A stretch of 64,000 bases of DNA from Chitinophaga pinensis (GTDB taxonomy: Bacteria; Bacteroidota; Bacteroidia; UKL13-3): positions 59,177-123,176 of the forward strand of contig CAMARW010000003.1 in the NCBI GenBank assembly GCA_945860865.1, read 5' to 3'. Position numbers and translations under genes: made by a program. Positions 40,754-50,552 of this stretch are shown piece after piece (positions within the stretch are counted from its first letter, which is position 1; every line of letters begins with the position of its first letter). The notes under the pieces are model-generated. The model worked only from the letters and a program-made list of their open reading frames with translations, was not told where the DNA came from and did no database searches.

Positions 40754-42115
40754 ATGTGGAGTAAAAACATCTTAGAAACCATTGGTAATACGCCTTTGGT
40801 TCAAATCAATAAAATTACAAAGGATTTACCTTGTACAGTTTTAGCTAAAATTGAAACAACCAATCCGGGTAATTCTATTAAAGATAGAATGGCTGTTAAA
40901 ATGATTGAGGATGCAGAAAAAGCAGGCTTTCTTAAACCAGGTTACACCATAATTGAGGGAACAAGCGGAAATACAGGAATGGGATTAGCCATTGCCGCTG
41001 TGCTAAAGGGTTATAAATGTATTTTTACCACTACAGATAAACAAAGTAAGGAGAAATTTGATGCACTCAAAGCTTTTGGTGCAGAAGTTATTGTTTGTCC
41101 TACAGATGTAGAACCAGAAGACCCGCGCTCATATTACTCTGTTTCGAGTAGGTTAATTAACGAAATTCCCAATTCATGGAAGCCAAATCAATATGATAAT
41201 TTGTCTAATTCTGCTGCCCATTATGAAGGAACTGGACCAGAAATTTGGGATCAAACCGAAGGCAAAATTACTCACTTGATTGTTGGAGTAGGCACAGGTG
41301 GAACCATTAGCGGAACGGGTAGATATTTAAAGGAGAAAAACCCCAACATAAAGGTTTTGGGCATAGATACCTACGGTTCTGTATTTAAGAAATATAAAGA
41401 AACAGGCATCTTCGATAAAAATGAGATTTACCCTTATATAACCGAGGGTATTGGTGAAGATTTTTTGCCTGCCAACGTAGATTTCTCTGTTATTGATCAT
41501 TTTGAGAAGGTAACCGATAAAGACGCAGCCATCATGACGCGCCGCATACCGCGCGAAGAGGGAATTTTTTCAGGTAACTCTGCCGGTTCGGCCATGGCAG
41601 GTTTAATGCAGATGAAACATATGTTTAAAAAGGACGATGTTGTGGTGGTTATTTTTCACGACCACGGCACACGTTATTTGGGCAAAATGTTTAATGAAGA
41701 TTGGATGCGCGATAGGGGTTTCTTGCGTAACGACCATACCAAAGCCATTCATTTAATTGAAAGTCATAAACACCTTAAACTCGTTACCGCTAACGAGAAT
41801 ACAACGGTAGAGTCGGCATTAAAAATAATGCGTAAATTCTTTGTGTCGCAGTTGCCAGTAACCAATGATAGCGGCGTTTATACCGGCTCTTTAAATGATA
41901 CTATTTTGTTTAACTTGTTGTTAGAAAACAATGAAATTAAAGCTAAAACAGTTAAAGAAGTAATGAGTGCGCCGTTCCCTTTTATAGCGCCAGATGCTTC
42001 TATGGAGGATGTAAGCAGAATGATTACCAAAGAAAACGCCGCCGTATTAGTTAAAGACCTTATGGGTGACGTTCACATCATTACCCGCCAAGATATCATT
42101 GAAGCTATTTCTTAA
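40754..42115 (+). CDS. cbs: Cystathionine beta-synthase with C-terminal CBS-domain pair
   Basis: IGNTPLV, NPGNSIKDR (PLP lysine), TSGNTG, GTGGTISG, EGIGEDF; C-terminal CBS domains. ATG 40754 preceded by TAGTTTTG (40741-40748). Confidence 0.9.
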   Translation: MWSKNILETIGNTPLVQINKITKDLPCTVLAKIETTNPGNSIKDRMAVKMIEDAEKAGFLKPGYTIIEGTSGNTGMGLAIAAVLKGYKCIFTTTDKQSKEKFDALKAFGAEVIVCPTDVEPEDPRSYYSVSSRLINEIPNSWKPNQYDNLSNSAAHYEGTGPEIWDQTEGKITHLIVGVGTGGTISGTGRYLKEKNPNIKVLGIDTYGSVFKKYKETGIFDKNEIYPYITEGIGEDFLPANVDFSVIDHFEKVTDKDAAIMTRRIPREEGIFSGNSAGSAMAGLMQMKHMFKKDDVVVVIFHDHGTRYLGKMFNEDWMRDRGFLRNDHTKAIHLIESHKHLKLVTANENTTVESALKIMRKFFVSQLPVTNDSGVYTGSLNDTILFNLLLENNEIKAKTVKEVMSAPFPFIAPDASMEDVSRMITKENAAVLVKDLMGDVHIITRQDIIEAIS

Positions 42116-42188
42116 TTACGAATTACGAATTAGGAATTACGAATGAAGGCAAAAATTTCTAATTCATAATTCGTAATTCGTAATTAAA
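42114..42188. repeat. Palindromic heptamer-repeat element B
   Basis: AATTACG AATTACG AATTAGG AATTACG, spacer, AATTCAT AATTCGT AATTCGT AATTAAA; overlaps the stops of cbs and pepT. Confidence 0.88.
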
Positions 42189-43402
42189 ATATTAACGCAT
42201 ACCTCAACAGCTTTCTGCATGTCTTGCACGCTCACGTATTCTTGCTTGCTGTGAATACCCATTTCGCCGGTAAATATATTCGGACAAGGTAACCCCATAA
42301 ACGAAAGCCTAGAACCATCAGTTCCACCGCGTATGTTTCTAATTTCTGTTGCTAAGCCACTTCTTTCGTAGGCTGTTTGGGCAATTTGCATCACGTGTGG
42401 GTTGAGGTCTAAAATTTCGCGCATGTTGCGGTATTGTTCTTGCACAGATAGGGTAAAACTTGCTCCCGGGAATTTTTCTATAGCGGTCTGAGCCAAAGCA
42501 TCGAGTTGAGCCTCGTATTCAGCTAACTTACTTGTTTCAAAATCGCGCACAATAAATTGCACCTTGGCTTCTTCCAACTCGCCCGAAATATGCACCGGGT
42601 GCACAAAGCCTTCATAGCCTTCTGTTTGTTCCGGACACCATTTATCTGATGGTAACAAGTTTAAAAAATAGGCCAATACTTTTTGGGCATTTACCATTTT
42701 GTTTTTGGCATAACCTGGATGGGCACTAATGCCTTTAAAAACAATGGTGCAGCCATCTGCCGAAAACGATTCGCCTTCTAAATGTCCGCGCTCGCCACCA
42801 TCTAGCGTATAGCCAAAATCGGCACCCAATTTTTCCATATCAACCTTGGCAACACCTCTGCCAATTTCCTCATCGGGGGTAAATAAAATGCGCACTTTGC
42901 CATGTTCAATCTGCGGATTATCCATTAAGAATTTGGCCAAATCCATGATAATAGCTACGCCTGCTTTATCATCTGCGCCCAATAAAGTTTTGCCCGAAGC
43001 TGTGATAATATCATCGCCAATTCTTTCTAATAAATAAGGGTGGTTTTTATTGCTTATAACAATGCTTGTATCATCTGGTAAAACTATATCAGAACCATCC
43101 CACTTTTGGTGTAAAATAGGCTTCACATCCGTGCCACTGCAATCGGGTGCGGTATCTACATGTGAGCAAAAACAAATAGTTGGAACAGGCTTATCCGTAT
43201 TAGCTGAAATAGTAGCATACACATAGCCATGCTCATCCAATTCTGCATCAGCAACACCCATTGCTAATAATTCCTGAACCAAAAGCTTACTCAAATCCTT
43301 TTGATTCATCGAAGATGGCTGTGTATCCGAATTGGGATCTGCCGTAGTATCAATCTGCACATAGCGCATAAAACGCTCCGCAATGGAGTAATTTTCTTTC
43401 AT
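42164..43402 (-). CDS. pepT: Peptidase T (tripeptide aminopeptidase, M20B)
   Basis: SHVDTAPD, LLGADDKAG, TPDEEIGRG, HPGYAK, IRGGTDGSRLSFMGLPCPNIFTG. Confidence 0.96.
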   Translation of the reverse strand: MKENYSIAERFMRYVQIDTTADPNSDTQPSSMNQKDLSKLLVQELLAMGVADAELDEHGYVYATISANTDKPVPTICFCSHVDTAPDCSGTDVKPILHQKWDGSDIVLPDDTSIVISNKNHPYLLERIGDDIITASGKTLLGADDKAGVAIIMDLAKFLMDNPQIEHGKVRILFTPDEEIGRGVAKVDMEKLGADFGYTLDGGERGHLEGESFSADGCTIVFKGISAHPGYAKNKMVNAQKVLAYFLNLLPSDKWCPEQTEGYEGFVHPVHISGELEEAKVQFIVRDFETSKLAEYEAQLDALAQTAIEKFPGASFTLSVQEQYRNMREILDLNPHVMQIAQTAYERSGLATEIRNIRGGTDGSRLSFMGLPCPNIFTGEMGIHSKQEYVSVQDMQKAVEVCVNILITNYEL

Positions 43403-43420
43403 TGTATATTTTTTTAAAAT

Positions 43421-43560
43421 AATTACGAATTACGAATTAAAAATTACGAATTAAAAATACGAAACTTTCATTATTGTTAATTTTTAATTTTCAACCCGTA
43501 ATTCGTATTTCGTAATTTTTAATTTTCAAGTCGTAATTCGTAATTCGTAATTTTTAATTA
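43421..43560. repeat. Palindromic heptamer-repeat element C (largest)
   Basis: AATTACG AATTACG AATTAAA AATTACG AATTAAA AATACG, spacer, AATTTTT AATTTTC AACCCGT AATTCGT ATTTCGT AATTTTT AATTTTC AAGTCGT AATTCGT AATTCGT AATTTTT AATTA. Confidence 0.9.
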
Positions 43561-43875
43561 AAACTTCACCGCTGTTCCAGAAGCAGAAACCATAAGCATG
43601 CTGCCTCTTTGTCCTAGGGTTTCGTAATCTAAATCGATACCTACAATGGCATCGGCACCCATTCTGCGGGCTTCGGTAATCATTTCTTCTAGGGCTTTTT
43701 CTTTGGCTTCTCTTAATACGCGTTCGTATGATTCTGCTCTACCACCAAAGAAATCTCTGAAACTGGCAAAAATATCTTTTACAAAATTAGCACCTATAAT
43801 TACTTCGCCGGTAACAATGCCTTGGTATTGGGTGATGGTTCTGCCCTCGATGCTGTGTGTGGTAGTGGTTAGCAT
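43558..43875 (-). CDS. YbjQ/UPF0145 family protein
   Basis: [56 protein letters not shown] at 43875 preferred. Confidence 0.92.
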   Translation of the reverse strand: MLTTTTHSIEGRTITQYQGIVTGEVIIGANFVKDIFASFRDFFGGRAESYERVLREAKEKALEEMITEARRMGADAIVGIDLDYETLGQRGSMLMVSASGTAVKF

Positions 43876-44067
43876 AATTTTTTGTTTTTTCAAATGTATT
43901 TATTTATTGTCAATTTTGCGCAAAATCCTTAGAGATCAAATTGCTATTAAATTATCGTTAGTTATAAATTTTAAAAAACTAATATTTACTAATAAGTGTG
44001 TTAAATTTCAGTTACTTAATTAAAATTATTGAAAAAAAACCTCAATATTGAATAAAAATTTAATTGT

Positions 44068-44820
44068 ATGAAAAAAATAATTTTACTATTTATTCTATTT
44101 TCTGTTGTTACTTTTACCATGGCTCAGCGGAAGCCTGAACCAAAACCAGCTCCAGCAGCCATGGTAAAAAAACCTGCGGGACCATCTCCTTATGTCTTAA
44201 AAAAAGACTACGATTCTTTGAGTACTAATTTGCGAAATCAAATTAAATCTTTGCAAGGCTCACTTGGTTCAATACGGGGAACAATTGGTAATAAAGATGA
44301 AGAGATTGAAGCCCTAGTACTTCAAATGCAACAAGTTGAAGAGGTGTTAAATTCAACCAATTTTAAAATTGCCTTAACATCCGATTCTTTAAACAAAACT
44401 AGAACCTCTATTGAAGAGGTTCAAAAAGAATCTAATGAGGGTATGTTAGCTTTAAACGAGCAGGTAAAAGGCTTAAAATCGCAACTTATGCTGCTTTGGG
44501 TTTTAGCAATAGCTGGCTTAGGCTTGGCTGCTTTTTCTTGGATTAATAGTAGAAAGCAAATAAAATCATTGGGGGATTTGCAACAGGTTAAATTTGCTGC
44601 CATAGAGCGTAACTTAATAGATAGCAAAACGGGTATGGAAGAACAAATTAAAAACTTTGAAACCAAACTGGCTGCGGAAAGCAGAAATGCGCAGCATTAT
44701 ACCGAAAGGCAAAGTGCGGTTTTACAAGAAAATTTGCAAAATATGAATGATTTTGTAAATGGCTTAAAAGATGATTTGTTGGCGCTTTCAAACTCTGTTG
44801 AATCCATTCATAAGAAGTAA
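44068..44820 (+). CDS. Hypothetical coiled-coil membrane protein
   Basis: Signal peptide, Pro/Ala linker, heptad coiled coil, one TM (LLWVLAIAGLGLAAFSWI), second coiled coil; no family recognised. Confidence 0.7.
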   Translation: MKKIILLFILFSVVTFTMAQRKPEPKPAPAAMVKKPAGPSPYVLKKDYDSLSTNLRNQIKSLQGSLGSIRGTIGNKDEEIEALVLQMQQVEEVLNSTNFKIALTSDSLNKTRTSIEEVQKESNEGMLALNEQVKGLKSQLMLLWVLAIAGLGLAAFSWINSRKQIKSLGDLQQVKFAAIERNLIDSKTGMEEQIKNFETKLAAESRNAQHYTERQSAVLQENLQNMNDFVNGLKDDLLALSNSVESIHKK

Positions 44821-45101
44821 TTTATTAAATTGCTTCTTATTCAATTGGTTTATCAGAAAAATTCCTTTAAGATTCTCATTTATCAATCTAAAGATTAAAT
44901 TCTTTAGCTCTTTTTTCCGAAAAGGATATTAAATCTTCTTCTGGTTTCAAACATTGCAAATTGTGTTGAAGTGTTTTCGCAGAATGTATTGTGCAGGAAG
45001 AGGTATATTACAATATCCCTTAGTTTGAGTTATTTCAAATTGGAAACATAACTCAAATCCTAAAAGTTAGCATTGAACATAAAATTATGTATTTTCGGAC
45101 C

Positions 45102-45755
45102 ATGATAAAGGCTTCTAATCTTTATAAATCTTACGGCGATTTGCCTATTTTAAAAGGAATAAACCTGCATATTTTGCAGGGCGAAATTGTTTCTATTGTG
45201 GGTGCCTCTGGAGCAGGTAAATCTACTTTGCTGCAAATTCTAGGAAGTTTAGATAAAGCAGATAGCGGCGAGTTAATGATACATAACCAAGATTTATCTG
45301 GTTTAAAAGGAAGCAAATTGGCCGAATTTAGAAATAAAGAAATAGGCTTTGTGTTTCAATTTCATCAACTTCTGCCAGAATTTACTGCCCTTGAAAATGT
45401 TTGTATACCTGCCTGGATTGGTGGTGTATCAAAATCAGATGCAGAAAAGAAAGCCAAAGATTTGTTGCATTACTTGGGCATGGCCAACAGAGAAAACCAT
45501 AAGCCTAGTGCCCTCAGCGGAGGAGAACAACAAAGGGTAGCCGTTGCCCGCGCCCTTATTAATAAACCAGCTGTAATTTTAGCAGATGAACCTAGCGGTA
45601 ACCTTGATTCTAAATCTGCCGAAGATTTACACCAATTGTTTTTTAGATTACGTTCAGATTTGGGTCAAACCTTTGTAATTGTTACCCATAACCAAAGTTT
45701 GGCTGCTCAGAGCGATAGGCAATTACTTATGAAGGATGGGATTATTATAAATTAA
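45102..45755 (+). CDS. lolD: LolD-like ABC ATP-binding protein
   Basis: [57 protein letters not shown]. Confidence 0.85.
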   Translation: MIKASNLYKSYGDLPILKGINLHILQGEIVSIVGASGAGKSTLLQILGSLDKADSGELMIHNQDLSGLKGSKLAEFRNKEIGFVFQFHQLLPEFTALENVCIPAWIGGVSKSDAEKKAKDLLHYLGMANRENHKPSALSGGEQQRVAVARALINKPAVILADEPSGNLDSKSAEDLHQLFFRLRSDLGQTFVIVTHNQSLAAQSDRQLLMKDGIIIN

Positions 45756-45758
45756 ACC

Positions 45759-47672
45759 TTGAGCATTCACCAAGTTTTAGAAAATTACTGGGGATATAGC
45801 ACGTTTAGGCCCTTGCAAGAAGACATCGTTTTGTCTGTTATACAAGGCAAAGATACCTTAGCTTTATTACCCACAGGTGGCGGAAAATCAATTTGTTTCC
45901 AAGTACCAGGTATGTACCTAGATGGATTGTGTTTAGTGGTGTCTCCGCTTATTGCCCTAATGAAAGACCAGGTTGCAAACCTGCAAAGCAAAGGCATTGC
46001 CGCCCAAGCTATTTATGCCGGTTTGAGCCAACCCGAAATACAACTCATTCTCAATAATTGTGTGCATGGTGGTGTGAAGTTTTTATACCTCTCGCCAGAA
46101 AGATTAGGTTCAGACCTATTAAGAAGCCAATTGTTGCAAATGAAAATTTGCCTCTTAGCCATTGATGAAGCCCATTGTATTAGTCAGTGGGGGTACGATT
46201 TTAGACCAGAATACCGCCAAATAAAAGAAATACGTGAGTTGTTTCCTAAAGTGTCTGTATTGGCGCTTACGGCCTCTGCCACAGCCAGCGTGGTAGAGGA
46301 TATACAAGAGCAACTCGGATTTAAAACTAAGCTTGCTTTTAGAAAAAGTTTTGAAAGGCTAAACCTGCACTATATTGTAAGGCACCACGAAAATAAACTA
46401 GAAAAAATGTTGAATGCCTTTCAAATGATGAAGGGTAGCGGATTGGTTTATGTGCGCAATAGAAAATTGGCCGAGGAAATTGCTGATTATTTGGTTCAAA
46501 ACGGCCTAAACGCCTCCTTTTATCACGCCGGATTAAAACCAGAGGAGCGCCAAACCCGACAAGAAAATTGGATAAATAGCAAAACCCGCATTATGGTTTG
46601 CACCAACGCTTTTGGCATGGGCATAGATAAACCCGATTGCAGATTGGTTGTACATTATCAAATTCCAGATTGCCTAGAGGCCTATTACCAAGAGGCGGGG
46701 AGGGCAGGTAGAAATGGAAATGCAGCCTTTTGTTTGCTGCTTTACCACGCTTCTGACGCACATATTTTGAGAGCTAAATTAGCCAAGCAGTTTCCAGAAC
46801 CCGAAGTTTTATCTGCCGTTTACAATCATTTGGGTAGTTATTTTCAGGTGGCAGTTGGGCAAAGTTTGGAGCAAGATTTTGTGTTCGATTTGCAAGCATT
46901 TGCAGCACACACAAAGCTAAATATGCTGCTGGTGCATAATGCCATTAAGCTATTGTCGCAGTTAGATTTATTGCAAGTAAATGAAGGCCTTAGCCTTATT
47001 TCACGCATCAAACTAAACATGGGCGGTAATGAGTTATACCACTTTCAGAAAAGTCATGTTTTGTATGCAGATATTTTGCAAATATTGCTCAGAAATTATG
47101 GCGGAATTTTTGATTATTATGTTTCCATTGGCGAAGGAAATTTAGCCATGCAACTAAATATATCGGAAGCAGAATTAATTTTTAAATTAAATAAACTGAT
47201 GGAGTTGGGGATATTGGATTACATACCACAAAATAACCAAGCTACGTTGCGGTTTATCGGACCCAGGTTATCCGAAAAATATTTACCAGTAAACGCTCCT
47301 TACCTTAAGTTTAGGAAAAAAATGGAAGAAGATAAACTGGAAGCCATGATTAACTATGCTGCAAATGATAAGCTTTGTAGAAGTAGGGTTTTATTAAAAT
47401 ATTTTGACGAATTAGATACCTACGATTGCGGCGTTTGCGATATTTGTAAAGAGAAAATGGGTAAGTTTTGGACAGAAGAAAAACTTCAACAATTAAGCGA
47501 ACAACTAAGAAATATTGATTGGACAAAAGGCTATACCATTAAAGAATTATCGCTGCTTATAAAAACATACCGCGATGCAGAATTGGCAACTGCTTGCCGT
47601 ATATTGTTGGATAAAGGTATATTGCAACTCAATTCACAGCAACAAATAGTTTGGACAAAAAAAGGCGGATAA
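45759..47672 (+). CDS. recQ: RecQ family ATP-dependent DNA helicase
   Basis: LPTGGGKS, DEAHCISQWGYDFRP, LTASAT, NAFGMGIDK, YYQEAGRAGR, Zn motif CR...CGVCDIC. Confidence 0.92.
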   Translation: MSIHQVLENYWGYSTFRPLQEDIVLSVIQGKDTLALLPTGGGKSICFQVPGMYLDGLCLVVSPLIALMKDQVANLQSKGIAAQAIYAGLSQPEIQLILNNCVHGGVKFLYLSPERLGSDLLRSQLLQMKICLLAIDEAHCISQWGYDFRPEYRQIKEIRELFPKVSVLALTASATASVVEDIQEQLGFKTKLAFRKSFERLNLHYIVRHHENKLEKMLNAFQMMKGSGLVYVRNRKLAEEIADYLVQNGLNASFYHAGLKPEERQTRQENWINSKTRIMVCTNAFGMGIDKPDCRLVVHYQIPDCLEAYYQEAGRAGRNGNAAFCLLLYHASDAHILRAKLAKQFPEPEVLSAVYNHLGSYFQVAVGQSLEQDFVFDLQAFAAHTKLNMLLVHNAIKLLSQLDLLQVNEGLSLISRIKLNMGGNELYHFQKSHVLYADILQILLRNYGGIFDYYVSIGEGNLAMQLNISEAELIFKLNKLMELGILDYIPQNNQATLRFIGPRLSEKYLPVNAPYLKFRKKMEEDKLEAMINYAANDKLCRSRVLLKYFDELDTYDCGVCDICKEKMGKFWTEEKLQQLSEQLRNIDWTKGYTIKELSLLIKTYRDAELATACRILLDKGILQLNSQQQIVWTKKGG

Positions 47673-48748
47673 TTATCAGTGTAAGCAATGATTTAAGCTA
47701 CGATCAGCGCATGCAAAGACACAGCAGAATATTAGTAAATGCTGGCTATGAGGTTTGTTTGGTTGGCAGAAACAAGAAGCATTCCCTTCCTTTACAAAAC
47801 GAAATTTTTGAACAGAAAAGACTCAACTGTTATTTTGAAAAAGGTAAATTATTTTATGTAGAATATAACCTAAAACTATTTTTTTACCTGCTTTTTGCGC
47901 CCTGTGACATACTGCTTGCCGTAGATTACGATACCCTTTTACCCAATACCCTAATTGCAAAAATGCGCAGCAAAAAATTGGTTTTTGATGCGCATGAATA
48001 CTTTACCGAAGTGCCCGAATTAAGCGGAAGAAAAGCAATTCAATATATATGGAATGTATTGGGAAATTGGGCTATTCCAAAAGTAGATCTGGCTTATACC
48101 GTTGGACCAAAATTGGCGGAAATTTTTACCCAACAACACCATAAAACCTTTCACAGCATTTTAAATGTACCTCCTTTAAATAACATCGCAAGTTTTGGTT
48201 CGAACCAAAGTGAAAAGCCCATTATTTTGTACCAAGGTGCTTTAAATGTGGGTAGGGGGATAGAGGCTTTGATAAAAGCAATGAAAGAAATAAATGGCGT
48301 TTTGTGGTTGGCAGGAGAGGGCGATTTAAGCGCAACTTTAAGAAACCTTGCCAAAGAAGAATCCTTGGAAGAAAAGGTAAAGTTTTTGGGTTTTGTGCAA
48401 CCTAAAGATTTGCCCGCGTTAACGCAGCAAGCTTATGTTTGCTGTAATTTATTATTGCCGCAAGGTAAAAGTTATTATTACTCTTTGGCTAATAAGTTTT
48501 TTGATTATATGCATGCCGCTAAACCCCAAATTTGTGCTAATTTCCCTGAATATACGCACATAAATAAACATCATGAAGTGGCAGTTTTGTGCCAAGCCAA
48601 TGAAAGTGAGATTGCCTTAGCCTTAAATAAATTATTAAGCGACAAAGCTTTATACGAAAAATTAAGTAATAATTGTTTAAAAGCTGCTCAAGTATATAAT
48701 TTGCAGCATGAGAAGCAAAAGCTACTCAACCTTTATGCTACTTTATAA
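47651..48748 (+). CDS. Glycosyltransferase family 4
   Basis: VSNDLSYDQRM, DAHEYFTEVPEL, YQGALNVGRG, YSLANKFFDY. Confidence 0.88.
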   Translation: MDKKRRIIISVSNDLSYDQRMQRHSRILVNAGYEVCLVGRNKKHSLPLQNEIFEQKRLNCYFEKGKLFYVEYNLKLFFYLLFAPCDILLAVDYDTLLPNTLIAKMRSKKLVFDAHEYFTEVPELSGRKAIQYIWNVLGNWAIPKVDLAYTVGPKLAEIFTQQHHKTFHSILNVPPLNNIASFGSNQSEKPIILYQGALNVGRGIEALIKAMKEINGVLWLAGEGDLSATLRNLAKEESLEEKVKFLGFVQPKDLPALTQQAYVCCNLLLPQGKSYYYSLANKFFDYMHAAKPQICANFPEYTHINKHHEVAVLCQANESEIALALNKLLSDKALYEKLSNNCLKAAQVYNLQHEKQKLLNLYATL

Positions 48749-49864
48749 GTGAATAAAACGCTCCATATTATTTCATTTGATATACCATTTCCGGCCAATT
48801 ATGGTGGGGTAATAGATGTGTTTTATAGGATTAAAGCGCTGCATGCTTGTGGGGTTCAGATTATACTACATTGTTTTATGTATGGTGAAAGAACCATTCA
48901 ACCAGAGCTAGAAAAATACTGCAATAAAGTTTATTATTACCCAAGAAAAAAATGGGTATTTCAGCCCTTTTTACCTTATATTGTTAGCAGCAGAGCGGAT
49001 AAAAATTTGTTAAATAATTTGCTTCAAGATAATGCTCCCATTTTGTTTGAGGCTGTTCATAGCACTTATTTAATGAAACATCCTGCCCTTAAAAACAGGC
49101 AAAAATTGTTGCGTATGCATAATATTGAACACGATTATTATGCTTTGTTGGCTGCATCAGAAAGCAATATTCTTTTAAAACTTTATTATGCCTTAGAAGC
49201 TAAATTGCTAAAAAACTACGAAAGTAATTTGCAGGATGCGCAGTTTATATTGGCTATTTCGCCCAAAGACCAAAAAGATTTAGCAATTAATTTTGGAGAG
49301 AAAGTGGTTTTAATTCCCGCTTTTCATGGAAATGAAAGCATTGAAATAGTTTTGGGTAGAGGCAATTTTTGTTTTTATCATGGCAAATTAAGTGTGGCAG
49401 AGAACAATTTAGCCGCTTTGTATTTAGTGCGTGAGGTTTTTTCAAATAACACAGAAAAGCTAATTATTGCAGGAAACGGAGCCTCTCCAGAACTTAAAAA
49501 AGCAATTGCCAAATACAATCACATCGAACTTAAAGAAAATTTAAGTCCAGCAGAAATTACATTATTTATACAACAAGCACATATAAATATATTACCAACA
49601 TTTCAGGCAACGGGTATTAAGCTCAAGCTTATTAATGTTTTGTTTAACGGCAGGTTTGTATTGGTAAACTCTCCTATGGTTTTAACAACTGGTTTAGAAT
49701 CTGCCGCAGTAATTGCCAATACCCCAGAGGAGATGAACAATCAAATTAGAAGGTTGAACCAAATGGAATTTTCTGCAGCACAATTGAAGCTAAGAAGCGA
49801 AATCTTGCAGGATAAATTTGACAATAAATGCAGTGCTCAGAAAATTATTGAGCTCCTTTATTAA
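48749..49864 (+). CDS. GT-B glycosyltransferase (GT4-like)
   Basis: SFDIPFPANYGGVIDVFY, RMHNIEHDYY, LPTFQATGIKLKL. Confidence 0.82.
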   Translation: MNKTLHIISFDIPFPANYGGVIDVFYRIKALHACGVQIILHCFMYGERTIQPELEKYCNKVYYYPRKKWVFQPFLPYIVSSRADKNLLNNLLQDNAPILFEAVHSTYLMKHPALKNRQKLLRMHNIEHDYYALLAASESNILLKLYYALEAKLLKNYESNLQDAQFILAISPKDQKDLAINFGEKVVLIPAFHGNESIEIVLGRGNFCFYHGKLSVAENNLAALYLVREVFSNNTEKLIIAGNGASPELKKAIAKYNHIELKENLSPAEITLFIQQAHINILPTFQATGIKLKLINVLFNGRFVLVNSPMVLTTGLESAAVIANTPEEMNNQIRRLNQMEFSAAQLKLRSEILQDKFDNKCSAQKIIELLY

Positions 49865-50552
49865 ATTCGTTTAGCAACTTATGATTAAGCACTTTTCCGC
49901 CCTCACAGCGCATAATACCTGCCGGAAATTTTTCTAAAATACGGTAATCATGCGTGGCCATTAAAATAGCAGTACCCGTAAGGCTAATATGGTGCAATAA
50001 AGTAAGCAGTTCATCGCTGGTTTGTGGGTCTAAATTACCCGTTGGCTCATCGGCTAAAATAATCTCAGGCTTGTTAAGCAACGCCCTCGCAATTGCTACC
50101 CTCTGCTGCTCGCCGCCACTCAACTCAAAAGGCATTTTATGGGATTTTGTGCCTAAGTTAACCATTTCTAAAACCTCTTTAATACGGTGGTCAATTTCTG
50201 CTTTGTTTTTCCAATTGGTGGCACGTAATACGAAATTAAGATTTTCATAAACATCCCTATCAAACAAAAGCTGAAAATCTTGAAAAACTACGCCTAGTTT
50301 TCTTCTGAGTAATGGGATTTGTGATTTTTTAAATTTAACCAAATCAAAGCCCGCAATGGATGCTTTTCCCTTTTCAACATTCAATTCGCCGTATAAAATT
50401 TTAAGCAAAGAAGATTTGCCACTTCCGGTTGAACCAATTAAATAAACAAACTCCCCAGGATGTATATTAAAGTTTACATCCGATAAAATAAGATTGTCTT
50501 GTTGAAAAATACTCACTCCCTCGAGCGAAATAATAGCTTGTTGATTAGTCAT
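49845..50552 (-). CDS. ftsE: FtsE-like ABC ATP-binding protein
   Basis: [53 protein letters not shown]. Confidence 0.82.
   Translation of the reverse strand: MTNQQAIISLEGVSIFQQDNLILSDVNFNIHPGEFVYLIGSTGSGKSSLLKILYGELNVEKGKASIAGFDLVKFKKSQIPLLRRKLGVVFQDFQLLFDRDVYENLNFVLRATNWKNKAEIDHRIKEVLEMVNLGTKSHKMPFELSGGEQQRVAIARALLNKPEIILADEPTGNLDPQTSDELLTLLHHISLTGTAILMATHDYRILEKFPAGIMRCEGGKVLNHKLLNEFNKGAQ

Noticed and set aside
22249-43560. Heptamer arrays as CRISPR arrays
   Set aside because: Units are contiguous 7-mers with no 25-40 bp repeats separated by unique spacers, and no cas genes are present.
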